From an uncultured Smithella sp. (GTDB lineage Bacteria; Desulfobacterota; Syntrophia; Syntrophales; Smithellaceae), in NCBI GenBank assembly GCA_964646755.1, contig CAZYIE010000011.1, forward strand, positions 4,681-68,680: a stretch of DNA of 64,000 nucleotides. The letters run 5' to 3'. The notes beneath the pieces are model-generated. The model made no database searches. It was given only the letters and a program-made list of their open reading frames with translations, and was not told the DNA's origin. The stretch's first letter is position 1; each line of letters opens with the position of its first letter. Below are positions 1 through 10,279 of the stretch, one piece after another. The position numbers and the translations under genes are program-made.

Positions 1-1042
1 TGGCGCCAACAGTTTTGCCTGAAACGGTAATTGCTTTTTCATCAATCACCCCTAGCGCGCTGATGACCTTCATTACCGCCTGAATGCCTCCGGCGGTGTC
101 CAGGTCTTCTATATGGTGATGACCGGCGGGGCTGAGTTTACAGATATTGGGAGTCGTCCCGCTGATTTTGTTAAAGAGGTTCAAATCGAGCTTAATTCCC
201 GCCTCATGAGCAATGGCGGGAATATGCAGTACCGTATTGGTGGAACAACCGAGCGCCATATCGACGGCGATGGCGTTTTTAAAAGCAGCCAGTGTGGCAA
301 TGTCGCGCGGTTTAATGTTCTTTTTGCATAAGTCCATGATCTTCATCCCGGCGTATTTCGCCAGCCGATGCCGGGCAGCCAGTACCGCCGGAATTGTTCC
401 GTGGCCAGGCAGACCAAGTCCCAAAGCTTCGGTAACACAATTCATCGAATTGGCGGTGTACATGCCGGAGCAGGAACCGCAGCCCGGGCAGGCGCAATCT
501 TCCAGTTGCTTTAAAGCAGAGGCAGTCATTTTTTTTGCTTTGACCGCGCCGACACCTTCAAAAACGCTAATGAGATCAACAGGCTTCCCCTGAATTTTTC
601 CGGCGAGCATCGGTCCGCCGCTGATAAAAATGGAAGGGATATTGAGGCGCAGGGCAGCCATGAGCATACCCGGCACTATTTTATCGCAATTGGGGATAAA
701 AACCAGCGCGTCAAAAGGATGAGCTGAGGCCATGATTTCAATGGAATCGGCGATCAATTCACGACTGGCAAGCGAATATTTCATGCCGGCATGACCCATC
801 GCGATGCCGTCACAGACGCCGATAACCGGAAATTCTACCGGTGTACCACCGGACATGCGAATTCCCGCTTTCACATCCTGGGTAATTAAGTCCAGATGGA
901 TGTGTCCGGGAATAATTTCATTGGCGGAATTAACAACGCCGATTAACGGACGAGCAATTTCTTCATCGGTATAACCCATGGCCTTAAAGAGCGAACGATG
1001 CGGCGCCCTTTCCAGCCCTTTCTTCATAAGATCGCTGCGCAT
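1..1042 (-). CDS. ilvD: dihydroxy-acid dehydratase, N-terminal ~347 codons; the 3' end runs off the window start
   Basis: Absent from the ORF track because there is no stop in the window. The reverse complement from ATG at 1042..1040 reads [51 protein letters not shown]..., a typical IlvD N-terminus. It lies directly downstream of ilvC on the same strand. Confidence 0.9.
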   Translation of the reverse strand, partial: MRSDLMKKGLERAPHRSLFKAMGYTDEEIARPLIGVVNSANEIIPGHIHLDLITQDVKAGIRMSGGTPVEFPVIGVCDGIAMGHAGMKYSLASRELIADSIEIMASAHPFDALVFIPNCDKIVPGMLMAALRLNIPSIFISGGPMLAGKIQGKPVDLISVFEGVGAVKAKKMTASALKQLEDCACPGCGSCSGMYTANSMNCVTEALGLGLPGHGTIPAVLAARHRLAKYAGMKIMDLCKKNIKPRDIATLAAFKNAIAVDMALGCSTNTVLHIPAIAHEAGIKLDLNLFNKISGTTPNICKLSPAGHHHIEDLDTAGGIQAVMKVISALGVIDEKAITVSGKTVGA

Positions 1043-1075
1043 TATATTTTCTCCCTTAATATTTTTACGGAGCCG

Positions 1076-2134
1076 TTATTGCTTCTTTCTTTTTTCCGGT
1101 CTCAGTGCGCGCACCGCTGCCCCTGCCTGCCACATTTCGGATTCCCGCATTTCTTTGAGCTCGGCATCCAGTTTTACTTTATAGTCAGGAGCGCTGTTCA
1201 CTCTCAGGACGATTTCCGTTTCCTTGCCTGTGGCTACAGCGCTGTAGAGTTCGGCAAAGACTGGTTCCACGGCCTTGCGGAATTTATGTCGCCAGTCCAG
1301 AGCGCCTCTTTGAGCCGTCGTTGAGCAATTGGCGTACATCCAATCCATACCGTTTTCGCCTACTAACCGGATGAGGCTTTGCGTCAGTTCCTCGACGGTT
1401 TCGTTGAAAGCTTCACTGGGAGTGTGTCCGTGTTTGCGTAATTCATTGTATTGCGCCTCCATCATACCGGCCAGAGCGCCCATGAGAACACCGCGTTCAC
1501 CGGTCAAGTCGCTGTAAACTTCCATCTGGAAGGTGGTCGGGAAAAGGAATCCGGAGCCAATGGCAATACCCAGAGCTAGTGTTCTTTCCATGGCGCGGCC
1601 GGTAGCATCCTGATGCACGGCGATGCTCGAATTAATGCCGCTGCCATCTACGAAATTCCGGCGTACACTGGTGCCCGACCCTTTGGGCGCAACCATGATT
1701 ACGTCCACAAAATCAGGAGGGATAACACCGGTCTGTTCTTTATAGACAATGGAGAAGCCGTGGGAGAAATAAAGGGCATCACCTTTTTTCAAATTGGCCT
1801 TAACCTTGGGCCAGAGCATCATCTGGGCGGCATCGGAAACCAGATATTGAATGATAGTGCCGCGCTTGACTGCTTCTTCTATCGGGAAAAGAGTTTTTCC
1901 GGGGATCCAGCCGTCGGCGATCGCTTTATCCCAGTATGGTTTATCTTCCTCGGCTTGGCCGATGATGACATTGATACCATTGTCTTTCATATTAAAGGCT
2001 TGCGCAGGGCCTTGAACGCCATAGCCAATTATCGCAATAACTTCATTTTTTAAGACGTCCTGAGCTTTTTTAATAGAAAACTCATCTGCTGTAATAACAT
2101 CTTCTAAAGTACCACCAAAATTTATTTGTGCCAT
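1076..2134 (-). CDS. ilvC: ketol-acid reductoisomerase
   Basis: 352-aa ORF. Contains the Rossmann motif IIGYGVQGPAQAFNMKDNG and has class I KARI length. It sits between ilvN and ilvD. Confidence 0.96.
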   Translation of the reverse strand: MAQINFGGTLEDVITADEFSIKKAQDVLKNEVIAIIGYGVQGPAQAFNMKDNGINVIIGQAEEDKPYWDKAIADGWIPGKTLFPIEEAVKRGTIIQYLVSDAAQMMLWPKVKANLKKGDALYFSHGFSIVYKEQTGVIPPDFVDVIMVAPKGSGTSVRRNFVDGSGINSSIAVHQDATGRAMERTLALGIAIGSGFLFPTTFQMEVYSDLTGERGVLMGALAGMMEAQYNELRKHGHTPSEAFNETVEELTQSLIRLVGENGMDWMYANCSTTAQRGALDWRHKFRKAVEPVFAELYSAVATGKETEIVLRVNSAPDYKVKLDAELKEMRESEMWQAGAAVRALRPEKRKKQ

Positions 2135-2185
2135 AAAACCCCCTTTAATTGTGAATAAAATTGATCAGTGCTGATCATGCTAATG

Positions 2186-2671
2186 TTAATTATCTAATGC
2201 CAATGCTACAATACCGGTTCGAGTAATATCGGCAATACCCAGCGGCTCCAGCCGGGCTAAGGCAAAGTCAATTTGCGGTTTATCGCCGGTTATTTCTAAA
2301 ACCATATAATTATCGGCGGACACTATTACTTTCCATTTATATGTGTCAATAGCTTTTTCGATTTTTCCCTTGGAGTCTGCTTTCAAGGTTAGCTTGACAA
2401 GAATCAGTTCACGGTGAATCGCCTCTACATTGGTTAAATCATCTACCGCAATGACGTCGACAATTTTGCGCAGCTGATTTTCAATCTTAGTGATAGTGGC
2501 CTGATTGCCAACGGATGTCATAACTATTTTGGATATTTCATAGGAAGTAGTGGTATTAACAGACAGGCTTTCGATGTTATATCCTTTCCCCCCTAAAGCT
2601 CCGGCGATTCTGGCCAGCACATCCGGCTTGTTGTGGACTAATATTGAAATTATATGCTCTTTTGTTTCCAT
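2186..2671 (-). CDS. ilvN: acetolactate synthase small (regulatory, ACT-domain) subunit
   Basis: 161-aa ORF. ISILVHNKPDVLARIAG is an ACT-type N-terminus. It lies immediately downstream of the large subunit. Confidence 0.92.
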   Translation of the reverse strand: METKEHIISILVHNKPDVLARIAGALGGKGYNIESLSVNTTTSYEISKIVMTSVGNQATITKIENQLRKIVDVIAVDDLTNVEAIHRELILVKLTLKADSKGKIEKAIDTYKWKVIVSADNYMVLEITGDKPQIDFALARLEPLGIADITRTGIVALALDN

Positions 2672-2699
2672 TTTTCTGTATCCTTTCTCTGTGTAAGAG

Positions 2700-4403
2700 T
2701 TAATTAATCATTTCTCTCGTGCCCAATTTCATATCACTGATGGATGAGCCCGGTCCTACCATCGGATAAACACATTCTTCCCGCGAAACACGGAAATCCA
2801 TTAACACCGGTTTATCCAGAGCAAGGCCTTGCAGTAAGGTGGTCTCTACTTCTTCCGGTTTTGTAGCACGTAAACCGACGACACCAAAAGCCTCCGCCAG
2901 TTTTACAAAATCAGGCGCGTAAGTCATGTCGGTGTGGGAATAACGCTTTTCATAGAATAATTCCTGCCATTGACGCACCATCCCCAGATAGCCGTTGTTT
3001 AAAAGCACTATTTTTACATTAATTTTATATTGCGCAGCTGTTGCTAATTCCTGGATATTCATCTGAATACTTCCATCACCGGCAATATCCACGACGTGTT
3101 TATCGGGAAATGCACATTTCACGCCGATGGCGGCCGGAAGTCCATAGCCCATTGTCCCCAATCCGCCAGAGGTAATAAATGTATTGGGCAGATCGAAGGG
3201 GAAAAATTGTGCGGTCCACATTTGGTTCTGGCCGACTTCGGTTGTGATAATGACATTGCCTTTCGTTACTTTATGGAGCGTTTCAATGACATGCTGCGGT
3301 TTAATTACCTTGCCGTTTTGGCAATAGGTTAATGGAACCTGCTGCCTCCACTCGGCAATTTGGTCGAGCCATTCTTTGCGGTCCGCGGCCTGCTGCTTAT
3401 AATTATGCTCGGCAAAAAATTTAAGCATATCTTGCAGGATAGTCTTCGTTGCGCCAATAATCGGCAAATCAACAACTACATTTTTGTTAATTGAGGAAGG
3501 ATCGATATCAATTTGTACAATTTGGGCGTTAGCAGCAAAAGTTTCAATTGTGCCGGTTACCCGGTCATCAAAACGCACACCCACGGCAATCAACAAATCG
3601 CAGTGGCTCACCGCCATATTGGCGTAATATGATCCATGCATGCCTAACATGCCCAGCCAGAGGGGATCTGTCCCCGGAAATGAACCTATGCCCATTAAAG
3701 TTCCGGTGACCGGGATTGAATATTTTCTGGCTAAAAAGGTGAGCTCGGCCGAGGCTTTTCCCAGAATGACGCCGCCGCCGGTCATGATTAATGGCTTCTT
3801 AGCGTGGGAAAGCATTTCATAAACCTGAGCCATTTTTTTGGGAGCGGGTTTATAGATAGTCTCATGATTTCTAATCTGGATAGCGGAAGGATCAAAATCA
3901 ATTTCCGCAGCCATTACATTTTTCGGTAAATCTACCAGTACAGGGCCGGGCCTTCCTGTGCGGGCAATGTGGAAAGCTTCTTTGATGGTGGCAGCCAATT
4001 CTTCGATATTACGGACAAGAAAATTATGCTTGGTGCAGGGGCGCGTGATTCCGGTGATGTCGCATTCCTGAAAAGCATCATTGCCGATTAAGGTTGTGGG
4101 AACCTGCCCGGTAAAAACGACCAGCGGGATAGAATCCATATTAGCAGTTGCTATGCCGGTGACAGTGTTAGTGGCGCCGGGACCGGAAGTAACCAGACAC
4201 ACGCCAACTTTTCCCGTGGCACGGGCGTACCCGTCGGCCGCATGAACCGCGCCCTGTTCATGGCGAACAAGAACATGTTTAAATTTGCTTTGATAGAGTT
4301 GATCATAAATATCAAGAACGGTGCCACCCGGATATCCGAAAATAATATCTACTTTTTCGAGTTCCAGCATTTTCAGCAGAATTTGTGAACCTTTCAACTT
4401 CAT
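2700..4403 (-). CDS. ilvB: acetolactate synthase large (catalytic) subunit, ThDP-dependent
   Basis: 567-aa ORF. ThDP motifs GLGTMGYGLPAAIG...GDGSIQMNIQEL are present. ATG at 4403 is preceded by GGAGG. Confidence 0.95.
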   Translation of the reverse strand: MKLKGSQILLKMLELEKVDIIFGYPGGTVLDIYDQLYQSKFKHVLVRHEQGAVHAADGYARATGKVGVCLVTSGPGATNTVTGIATANMDSIPLVVFTGQVPTTLIGNDAFQECDITGITRPCTKHNFLVRNIEELAATIKEAFHIARTGRPGPVLVDLPKNVMAAEIDFDPSAIQIRNHETIYKPAPKKMAQVYEMLSHAKKPLIMTGGGVILGKASAELTFLARKYSIPVTGTLMGIGSFPGTDPLWLGMLGMHGSYYANMAVSHCDLLIAVGVRFDDRVTGTIETFAANAQIVQIDIDPSSINKNVVVDLPIIGATKTILQDMLKFFAEHNYKQQAADRKEWLDQIAEWRQQVPLTYCQNGKVIKPQHVIETLHKVTKGNVIITTEVGQNQMWTAQFFPFDLPNTFITSGGLGTMGYGLPAAIGVKCAFPDKHVVDIAGDGSIQMNIQELATAAQYKINVKIVLLNNGYLGMVRQWQELFYEKRYSHTDMTYAPDFVKLAEAFGVVGLRATKPEEVETTLLQGLALDKPVLMDFRVSREECVYPMVGPGSSISDMKLGTREMIN

Positions 4404-4436
4404 TTTTTACTACCTCCAAATGTAAAAGTCTCAGTT

Positions 4437-4476
4437 AATAAAAAAGCCGCTTATCTTCTTTCGAAGAGGCGGCTTT
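4437..4476 (-). terminator. intrinsic terminator (attenuator) immediately upstream of ilvB
   Basis: On the minus strand AAAGCCGCC..(inner CUUC/GAAG stem)..GCGGCUUU is followed by UUUAUU. It ends ~35 nt before the ilvB ATG. A terminator placed between the promoter and the first gene is the classic attenuator geometry. Confidence 0.6.
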
Positions 4477-4491
4477 GTTTCTTAAATAACA

Positions 4492-4520
4492 AAGCCGCGG
4501 GTTTTAGGGGCCCGCGGCTT
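4492..4520 (-). promoter_or_regulatory. GC-rich leader hairpin, a possible alternative-pairing partner of the attenuator
   Basis: Perfect 10-bp stem AAGCCGCGGG / CCCGCGGCUU with a 9-nt loop. It begins 6 nt after the leader-peptide stop. Its 3' arm (GCGGCUUUG) is also complementary to the 5' arm (CAAAGCCGC) of the terminator. Confidence 0.45.
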
Positions 4521-4526
4521 GTATCT

Positions 4527-4637
4527 TTAATTTTGTTTCTTAAAGACACGGAGCGGCAGACCCCTGAGTACTACTACGAGTACCCTTACGTTGCTGATAA
4601 TCAGGCTCTTGCCGCCGACTAAATCTTTAAGATACAT
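4527..4637 (-). CDS. candidate ilv leader peptide, 36 aa, rich in branched-chain residues
   Basis: Hand translation of the minus strand gives MYLKDLVGGKSLIISNVRVLVVVLRGLPLRVFKKQN*. I counted 7 Val, 8 Leu and 2 Ile, including the run VRVLVVVL. An in-frame alternative ATG lies at 4649 (MGNQ-). It is too short for the ORF track. Confidence 0.5.
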   Translation of the reverse strand: MYLKDLVGGKSLIISNVRVLVVVLRGLPLRVFKKQN

Positions 4638-4671
4638 TTGATTTCCCATTTATTTGCTGAACTTGATTTTT

Positions 4672-4700
4672 CTATTAACGGAAAAAAAACTATTTGTCAA
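4672..4700 (-). promoter_or_regulatory. candidate sigma70-type promoter of the ilv leader and operon
   Basis: The minus strand reads TTGACA-17 nt-TAATAG, ~25-35 nt upstream of the leader ATGs. The -10 element is weak. Confidence 0.3.
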
Positions 4701-5114
4701 GGTACTTTCTAGCAGATACTTTCTAAAGATTGTTTATGGTTCATCCGGGCTAAACGCACTTGTCTTATTAGCATAGTTGACTGGATTAAGTAAATTGGCC
4801 GAGTCATAAAAATTTATGCGCTCTGGTGACAGTAATCAAAAAAATCAACAGATATATTTATAAATACAGCTATTTATAAAATATTCGCAATAATTGCTTG
4901 CATCTTGTTTCATTGCTGTGGCATAACTCCCACACTCAATTACGAGCGCTTTATTCAAACACTTTTCTCGCGTCTTATCTCAAGGTTGCTCACTTCGGTA
5001 GTCAATTAAGAACCGATGCCCTATTCATTATGCCGCTGTTTTTGTAGTGGGGAATTGTCAAAACAGCCCCGATATTTTCCAGCTTTGATAATTTGCTTTA
5101 AAAGGAGGATTGTC

Positions 5115-6158
5115 ATGCAACTCTATCGAAGATGCAAGATGTTCTATCGGAAAGCCATTTCTCCTATCTCTATCATATTTATCCCTCAAGGAACCACTCG
5201 CAAGACCATCAATTGGAATATCTCGACAGCCGGCATCGCACTACTAACCCTTTTTTTCTTCGTAAATATAATTTTTCTTTGTTACATGATCCCTTCTTTA
5301 ATCCGCTACAATAATATGAAAAGGCAATTTCTTGATTATTCTCAGAAAGTATCGAATCTCAACTCCATGCTATTATCTTTGAAAACGGCGAATAAGGATC
5401 TCCATGCCTTGGTCTCTCCGGGAATAAAGGGAAAGATTTTGGAAAGAGTTGATACTTCCGATATGGAGTCCTTAGACATTACCAAAGCACAGCAGCAGAT
5501 TGAATCCTCCCTGCAGACTATCGGCGCGGTCAATAACTACCTGCACACGATGAAGGAATTGTATCTCGCTACTTTCAGAAGAAATTATAGGGAGGGGAAA
5601 TTCCACCACGAAAAAAGAATCATTTTCAACATTAAAGACCCTGATATAATCAAATACAATCATATCATTTCGAAGGCATCGGTAAAGTACAATGTGGACG
5701 CTGCTCTGATAAAAGCTATTATCAAAATGGAATCAAACTTCGACCATCTAGCCGTATCACCTAAGGGCGCCCAGGGGTTGATGCAACTCATGCCGCAGAC
5801 AGCTCAGGCTCTCCAGGTTGAAGATTCTTTTCACCCAGAGAATAATATCGAAGGAGGAACTCGTTATCTTCGCTATCTTCTGGATCTTTTCGAAGACAAT
5901 CTTCCTCTCGCCTTGGCTGCCTATAATGTTGGGGAAAATACCGTCATCAAATACAAGAACAAGATTCCTCCCTACAAGGAAACACAAGAGTACGTTCAAC
6001 GCGTTTTAGGCCACTTGTATTCCTTCCAGCAGATGGACCCGACAAACAAAATCAGAAAAGTCATCAGCTATAATGGATTACTATCTCATCGACAGATTGG
6101 ATATTCAACTCCAAAGCAATTAATCTCTGAAAAGTTGAAAATGACCACAGAAAATTGA
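5115..6158 (+). CDS. membrane-anchored lytic transglycosylase (SLT domain)
   Basis: SLT motifs ESNFDHLAVSPKGAQGLMQLMPQTA and AAYNVGENTV are present, with an N-terminal TM segment. I chose ATG 5115 because it is preceded by AGGAGG at 5104-5109. The track ORF begins at 5016. Confidence 0.85.
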   Translation: MQLYRRCKMFYRKAISPISIIFIPQGTTRKTINWNISTAGIALLTLFFFVNIIFLCYMIPSLIRYNNMKRQFLDYSQKVSNLNSMLLSLKTANKDLHALVSPGIKGKILERVDTSDMESLDITKAQQQIESSLQTIGAVNNYLHTMKELYLATFRRNYREGKFHHEKRIIFNIKDPDIIKYNHIISKASVKYNVDAALIKAIIKMESNFDHLAVSPKGAQGLMQLMPQTAQALQVEDSFHPENNIEGGTRYLRYLLDLFEDNLPLALAAYNVGENTVIKYKNKIPPYKETQEYVQRVLGHLYSFQQMDPTNKIRKVISYNGLLSHRQIGYSTPKQLISEKLKMTTEN

Positions 6159-6326
6159 TTCATGCTGAAGATTAATTTTGTGGCAAATCATTCAACCAAA
6201 GTATTAGCCTGCTGACAGGGGAAAAATAACATGGGAACGCAACATTGGTATTGACAGGCGAGTATGATATAAATAACAATTACCTGTGTCCATAATATTT
6301 AATATCAAACGGAGGCATATCCTCAC

Positions 6327-7373
6327 ATGCAAGCACCGAAATCACAGACAGTCCTTTTTTTCGCGATCATGCTGATTGTTACCGTAGCGTTTTTCTATCT
6401 CATTAAGCCGTTCATCTATGCCGTTTTTTGGGCGGTTATTCTGGCGGGGCTCTTCATGCCCGTTTACAAAAATATTGAGAAAAACATGCGCAGGCCCACG
6501 CTCAGCGCGACGATTGTTCTTGTTTTGATTTGCCTCATTTTTATCCTTCCTTTTGTTTTCATCTTCAGTTTGCTGCTTAAGGAATCTATGGACATCTATC
6601 AGGGCATGTCGGATGAAAACAGTCCGATCAATGTCTATGTCCAGAAATTTGCTGAGCTGATCAAACACAATCCCTATACGGACAGTTTACATCTAGACGA
6701 TGCCGCCCTTACAGAGAAGATTTCGCAGCTTTCTAAAAGCGTTGCCGGTTATATTTTCGATACTCTGAAAAGCTTTACTCAAAATACTCTTCAATTTATT
6801 GTTCAATTGGGTGTCATGCTCTATGCGTTATTTTATTTCATCCGGGATGGTGAGAAATTTCTCGATTCGATTCTGCGGCTCCTGCCTCTTGGGCAGGGAA
6901 GAGACAGGATCCTCCTGGCGCACTTTCAGAAAACCGCCAACTCTACGCTCAAGGTAACTTTAATCATCGGTGGAATCCAGGGGTTACTCGGAGGGCTGCT
7001 CTTTCTGTTTACAGGCATTCAGGGGGCGGTACTCTGGGGGGTGGTGATGATTATTACAGCTGTAATTCCCGTTGTCGGTTGTGCCCTTGTCTGGGCACCG
7101 GCGGGCATCTTTATGATGATCATGGGCCATTTTTGGTCAGGCATCTTGATCCTGGGCTTTGGCTCCCTGGTCATCAGCATGGTAGACCATTTTCTCCGTC
7201 CGATACTTTTGGGCAAAGATGTCTCTATGCATCCTCTGCTGATTTTTCTCTCCACGATGGGCGGAATCATCGTATTCGGTTTCTCGGGGTTTATCATTGG
7301 CCCGATTATTATGTCCATGGCCATGGCCGTCTGGCACATGTATGAGGAATATTATATCAAGGAAATTGTTTGA
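6327..7373 (+). CDS. AI-2E family (PerM/UPF0118) transporter
   Basis: 348-aa polytopic membrane protein. It has the typical family length and the C-terminal pattern ...HPLLIFLSTMGGIIVFGFSGFIIGPII. Confidence 0.8.
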   Translation: MQAPKSQTVLFFAIMLIVTVAFFYLIKPFIYAVFWAVILAGLFMPVYKNIEKNMRRPTLSATIVLVLICLIFILPFVFIFSLLLKESMDIYQGMSDENSPINVYVQKFAELIKHNPYTDSLHLDDAALTEKISQLSKSVAGYIFDTLKSFTQNTLQFIVQLGVMLYALFYFIRDGEKFLDSILRLLPLGQGRDRILLAHFQKTANSTLKVTLIIGGIQGLLGGLLFLFTGIQGAVLWGVVMIITAVIPVVGCALVWAPAGIFMMIMGHFWSGILILGFGSLVISMVDHFLRPILLGKDVSMHPLLIFLSTMGGIIVFGFSGFIIGPIIMSMAMAVWHMYEEYYIKEIV

Positions 7374-7414
7374 TCGGAACGTAAGACCGGCGGAATTCAG
7401 CAAGTGATTAATTG

Positions 7415-9457
7415 CTACCGGAATAAATCTTCCTTTTCTTCTGTTATATCGTCAGTTTTTTCGCTGGGTTGGGCATTTTCCAGAAAGGATTCGTAAATGG
7501 TTCCCTTCTCTGTTGACTTAACTCGTGCGCCGGTTTTTGCATCAACCTTAACAAAGACAATTCCTTCCGGGGTGGGAAATGTTTCCACCGGGGCATTGTG
7601 TAAAAATTTTTCCATGAAATAAAGCCAGATAGGCGCCGCCGCCCGTCCGCCAACTTCATTCTTTCCCAAAGAGATCTCCTGGTCAAAGCCAACCCATACG
7701 CCGGTTATTACCGAAGGAGTAAAACCGAGAAACCAGGCATCGCGGACGTCGTTTGTTGTTCCTGTTTTTCCGGCAATCGGGCGGCCGATACTTTTCACTC
7801 GACGGCCTGTCCCGCTTTCCACAACATCCTGCATGACATAAGTTGTCATAAACGCGATCCGGGGATCAATCACTTGTTCTGATTGTACTTTAGCTTCTTC
7901 AAAAATATTGCCGGTACGATCAATAATTTTTTTGATGAAATATGGTGTAACTTTTTTGCCCCCGTTGGCTAATACCCCGTATGCACGCACCAGTTCCTGC
8001 AGTGTTACGCCGGAAGTTCCCAAGGCCAGAGATAGGTTTCTGGTGAGCGGAGAGGTTATTCCCATGTTTATGGCATAGGAGGCCGCGTAATCAATCCCAA
8101 TATCCTGCAAAATTTTGATCGTTACAACATTACGGGATTGTACCAGGGCCGTTCTCATGGTTATTGGTCCCAGGAATTTCTCGTCAAAATTTTTCGGTTT
8201 CCAGAGACCGTCTTCTTTCGATAAATCCTCAAAAACAACAGGAGAATCTACAAAGCGAGTTGACGGATTCATTCCTTTATCAAAGGCGGCCGTATAAATT
8301 AAAGGTTTGAAAGCGGATCCCGGCTGCCTTCGAGATTGCGTTGCGCGGTTGAATTCACTTTTATTAAAATCGCGGCCGCCGACCATTGCCCGAATAGCGC
8401 CTGTCTTTACATCCATGGAAAACAGTGCGCCTTGAGCGAGACCAGTTTCATGATTTTCCCTGCCTTCCAATTCCGCCAGGCCTTTTTCCATTGCGTCGCG
8501 GGCATCTCTTTGCGCGGATAAATTAAGGGTTGTGTAAATAGAGAGTCCTTCCTTGTATAGGACATCAGCGCCATATTTTTCCTGCACGTAACGGCGGACA
8601 TGCTCGACAAAATAAGCGGCAACTTTGTCTTTCGGTTTTATTGGCCGCATTTTCAAGGGAGAGGCAATTGCCAGTTTTAGCTCTGCTGACGAAATGTAAC
8701 CGTCTTCCATCATGCGCGTCAGAACGTAAATCTGTCGTTGTTTTGCTTTGTCGTAATGGAGAAACGGAGAATATGTAGTGGGGGCTTTAGGCAGGCCTGC
8801 CAGCAGCGCTGCTTCGGGTAAAGTCAGGGAGTGGGCGTTCTTGCCGAAGTAACCGAGTGCTGCCGATTCAATGCCATACGTACCATGCCCCAAATAAATC
8901 TGATTTAAATATAGATTCAGAATCTCGTCTTTAGTCAGGTATTTATCGATTTTATAAGCAAGAATGGCTTCCTTGACTTTGCGCATATATTTTTTTTCTG
9001 GCGAAAGATACATCATTTTAGCGACTTGCTGTGTTATGGTGCTGGCGCCCTGGACGATATGTCCTGCTTCAAAATTCTTTAAAACAGCGCGGGAAATACT
9101 TTGCATATCGAAGCCCTGATGCTGATAGAATCTGGAATCCTCGGCAGCAATAAAGGCGGATGAAACGATCTTGGGAATTTCAGTAATCTTAATAATTTTC
9201 CTGTCTTCCAGAAAAAATTCATCGATCAGTTCATTGTTGTCGTCGTAAACGCGCGAGGCAATACTGGGACGGTAATCCTTAAGGGCGTCGATTCCGGGTA
9301 AATCCATAGTCAGGATGTAATAAGCGGCAGTTCCGGCCAAAGCAAGAAATAAGACCAGGATAATTAACCCAAGAGTAAAAAAAAGAAGTCGGGAAGGCTT
9401 TTTCTTTTTGCCTGTTGTTGTGGTTTCTTTGCGGCGTGAAGGCATTATTTTTACCAA
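7415..9457 (-). CDS. mrcA: bifunctional penicillin-binding protein 1A (glycosyltransferase and transpeptidase)
   Basis: GT51 motifs EDSRFYQHQG and RKVKEA. Transpeptidase motifs SAFKP (SxxK), SRN and KTGTT. The track start is TTG at 9457, abutting the tatC stop. ATG at 9445 (MPSRRKE) is an alternative. Confidence 0.93.
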   Translation of the reverse strand: MVKIMPSRRKETTTTGKKKKPSRLLFFTLGLIILVLFLALAGTAAYYILTMDLPGIDALKDYRPSIASRVYDDNNELIDEFFLEDRKIIKITEIPKIVSSAFIAAEDSRFYQHQGFDMQSISRAVLKNFEAGHIVQGASTITQQVAKMMYLSPEKKYMRKVKEAILAYKIDKYLTKDEILNLYLNQIYLGHGTYGIESAALGYFGKNAHSLTLPEAALLAGLPKAPTTYSPFLHYDKAKQRQIYVLTRMMEDGYISSAELKLAIASPLKMRPIKPKDKVAAYFVEHVRRYVQEKYGADVLYKEGLSIYTTLNLSAQRDARDAMEKGLAELEGRENHETGLAQGALFSMDVKTGAIRAMVGGRDFNKSEFNRATQSRRQPGSAFKPLIYTAAFDKGMNPSTRFVDSPVVFEDLSKEDGLWKPKNFDEKFLGPITMRTALVQSRNVVTIKILQDIGIDYAASYAINMGITSPLTRNLSLALGTSGVTLQELVRAYGVLANGGKKVTPYFIKKIIDRTGNIFEEAKVQSEQVIDPRIAFMTTYVMQDVVESGTGRRVKSIGRPIAGKTGTTNDVRDAWFLGFTPSVITGVWVGFDQEISLGKNEVGGRAAAPIWLYFMEKFLHNAPVETFPTPEGIVFVKVDAKTGARVKSTEKGTIYESFLENAQPSEKTDDITEEKEDLFR

Positions 9458-10222
9458 TTATTCTTCTGCTTCTGCGGCAGCAGTTTTTTTCTTTTCCACA
9501 AATCTTGCTACAAATATACTTACTTCATATAAAAACATCAATGGTACCGCCATTAATACCTGACTCAAAGCGTCGGGAGAAGGTGTCAAAATTGCGGCGG
9601 CAATAAAAATCACTAAAACAGCGTAGCGTCTTTGTTTGGACAACATTTGTGCATTGACTATCCCCAATTTAGCGAGGAAAAATATAAAGACGGGTAATTC
9701 AAAAGATAAACCAAAACCCAGTAAAAACGTGACAAAAAGCGAAAGGTAATCACTAAAGGAAATCATTGCCTGCAGGTATTTGTTGTTAAAGCTGACAAAG
9801 AATTCAAACGCCGGCGGCAAGGCAATAAAGTAACCGAAGAGGATGCCGCTGATAAAAAGCAGGCTCGAAGATATCACAAAGGGAATAACATATTTTTTTT
9901 CATTAGGCATCAAACCAGGTGAAATGAATTTCCATATTTGATAGAGAATGAAAGGGCTGGTAATGATTATGGACGCAAAAAAGGCTAATTTCATGTAAAC
10001 AAAAAATGCTTCCGTCAGGCCTGTGTATATCAGATAGCTGTTTTTCGGCAAAGCGGCGGTTAAAGGTCGAGTGATAATGTCGAAAATCAATTCCTTAAAA
10101 TAATAGCAGGCGAAAAAACCTATGCCCACGGCAATAAGCGCACGGGTAAGTCTTTTGCGTAATTCGACTAAATGGTCAGTCAGTGACATTTTTTCTTCTT
10201 CAATGTCTTCGTTGTTTTCCAT
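9458..10222 (-). CDS. tatC: twin-arginine translocase subunit TatC
   Basis: 254 aa with 6 predicted TM segments. The N-terminus MSLTDHLVELRKRL is typical of TatC. Confidence 0.95.
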   Translation of the reverse strand: MENNEDIEEEKMSLTDHLVELRKRLTRALIAVGIGFFACYYFKELIFDIITRPLTAALPKNSYLIYTGLTEAFFVYMKLAFFASIIITSPFILYQIWKFISPGLMPNEKKYVIPFVISSSLLFISGILFGYFIALPPAFEFFVSFNNKYLQAMISFSDYLSLFVTFLLGFGLSFELPVFIFFLAKLGIVNAQMLSKQRRYAVLVIFIAAAILTPSPDALSQVLMAVPLMFLYEVSIFVARFVEKKKTAAAEAEE

Positions 10223-10279
10223 AAATACCTGTTTTAATTAAAAACTTATTAGAATAGCAGCCAGAGATATTTTTCGAGG

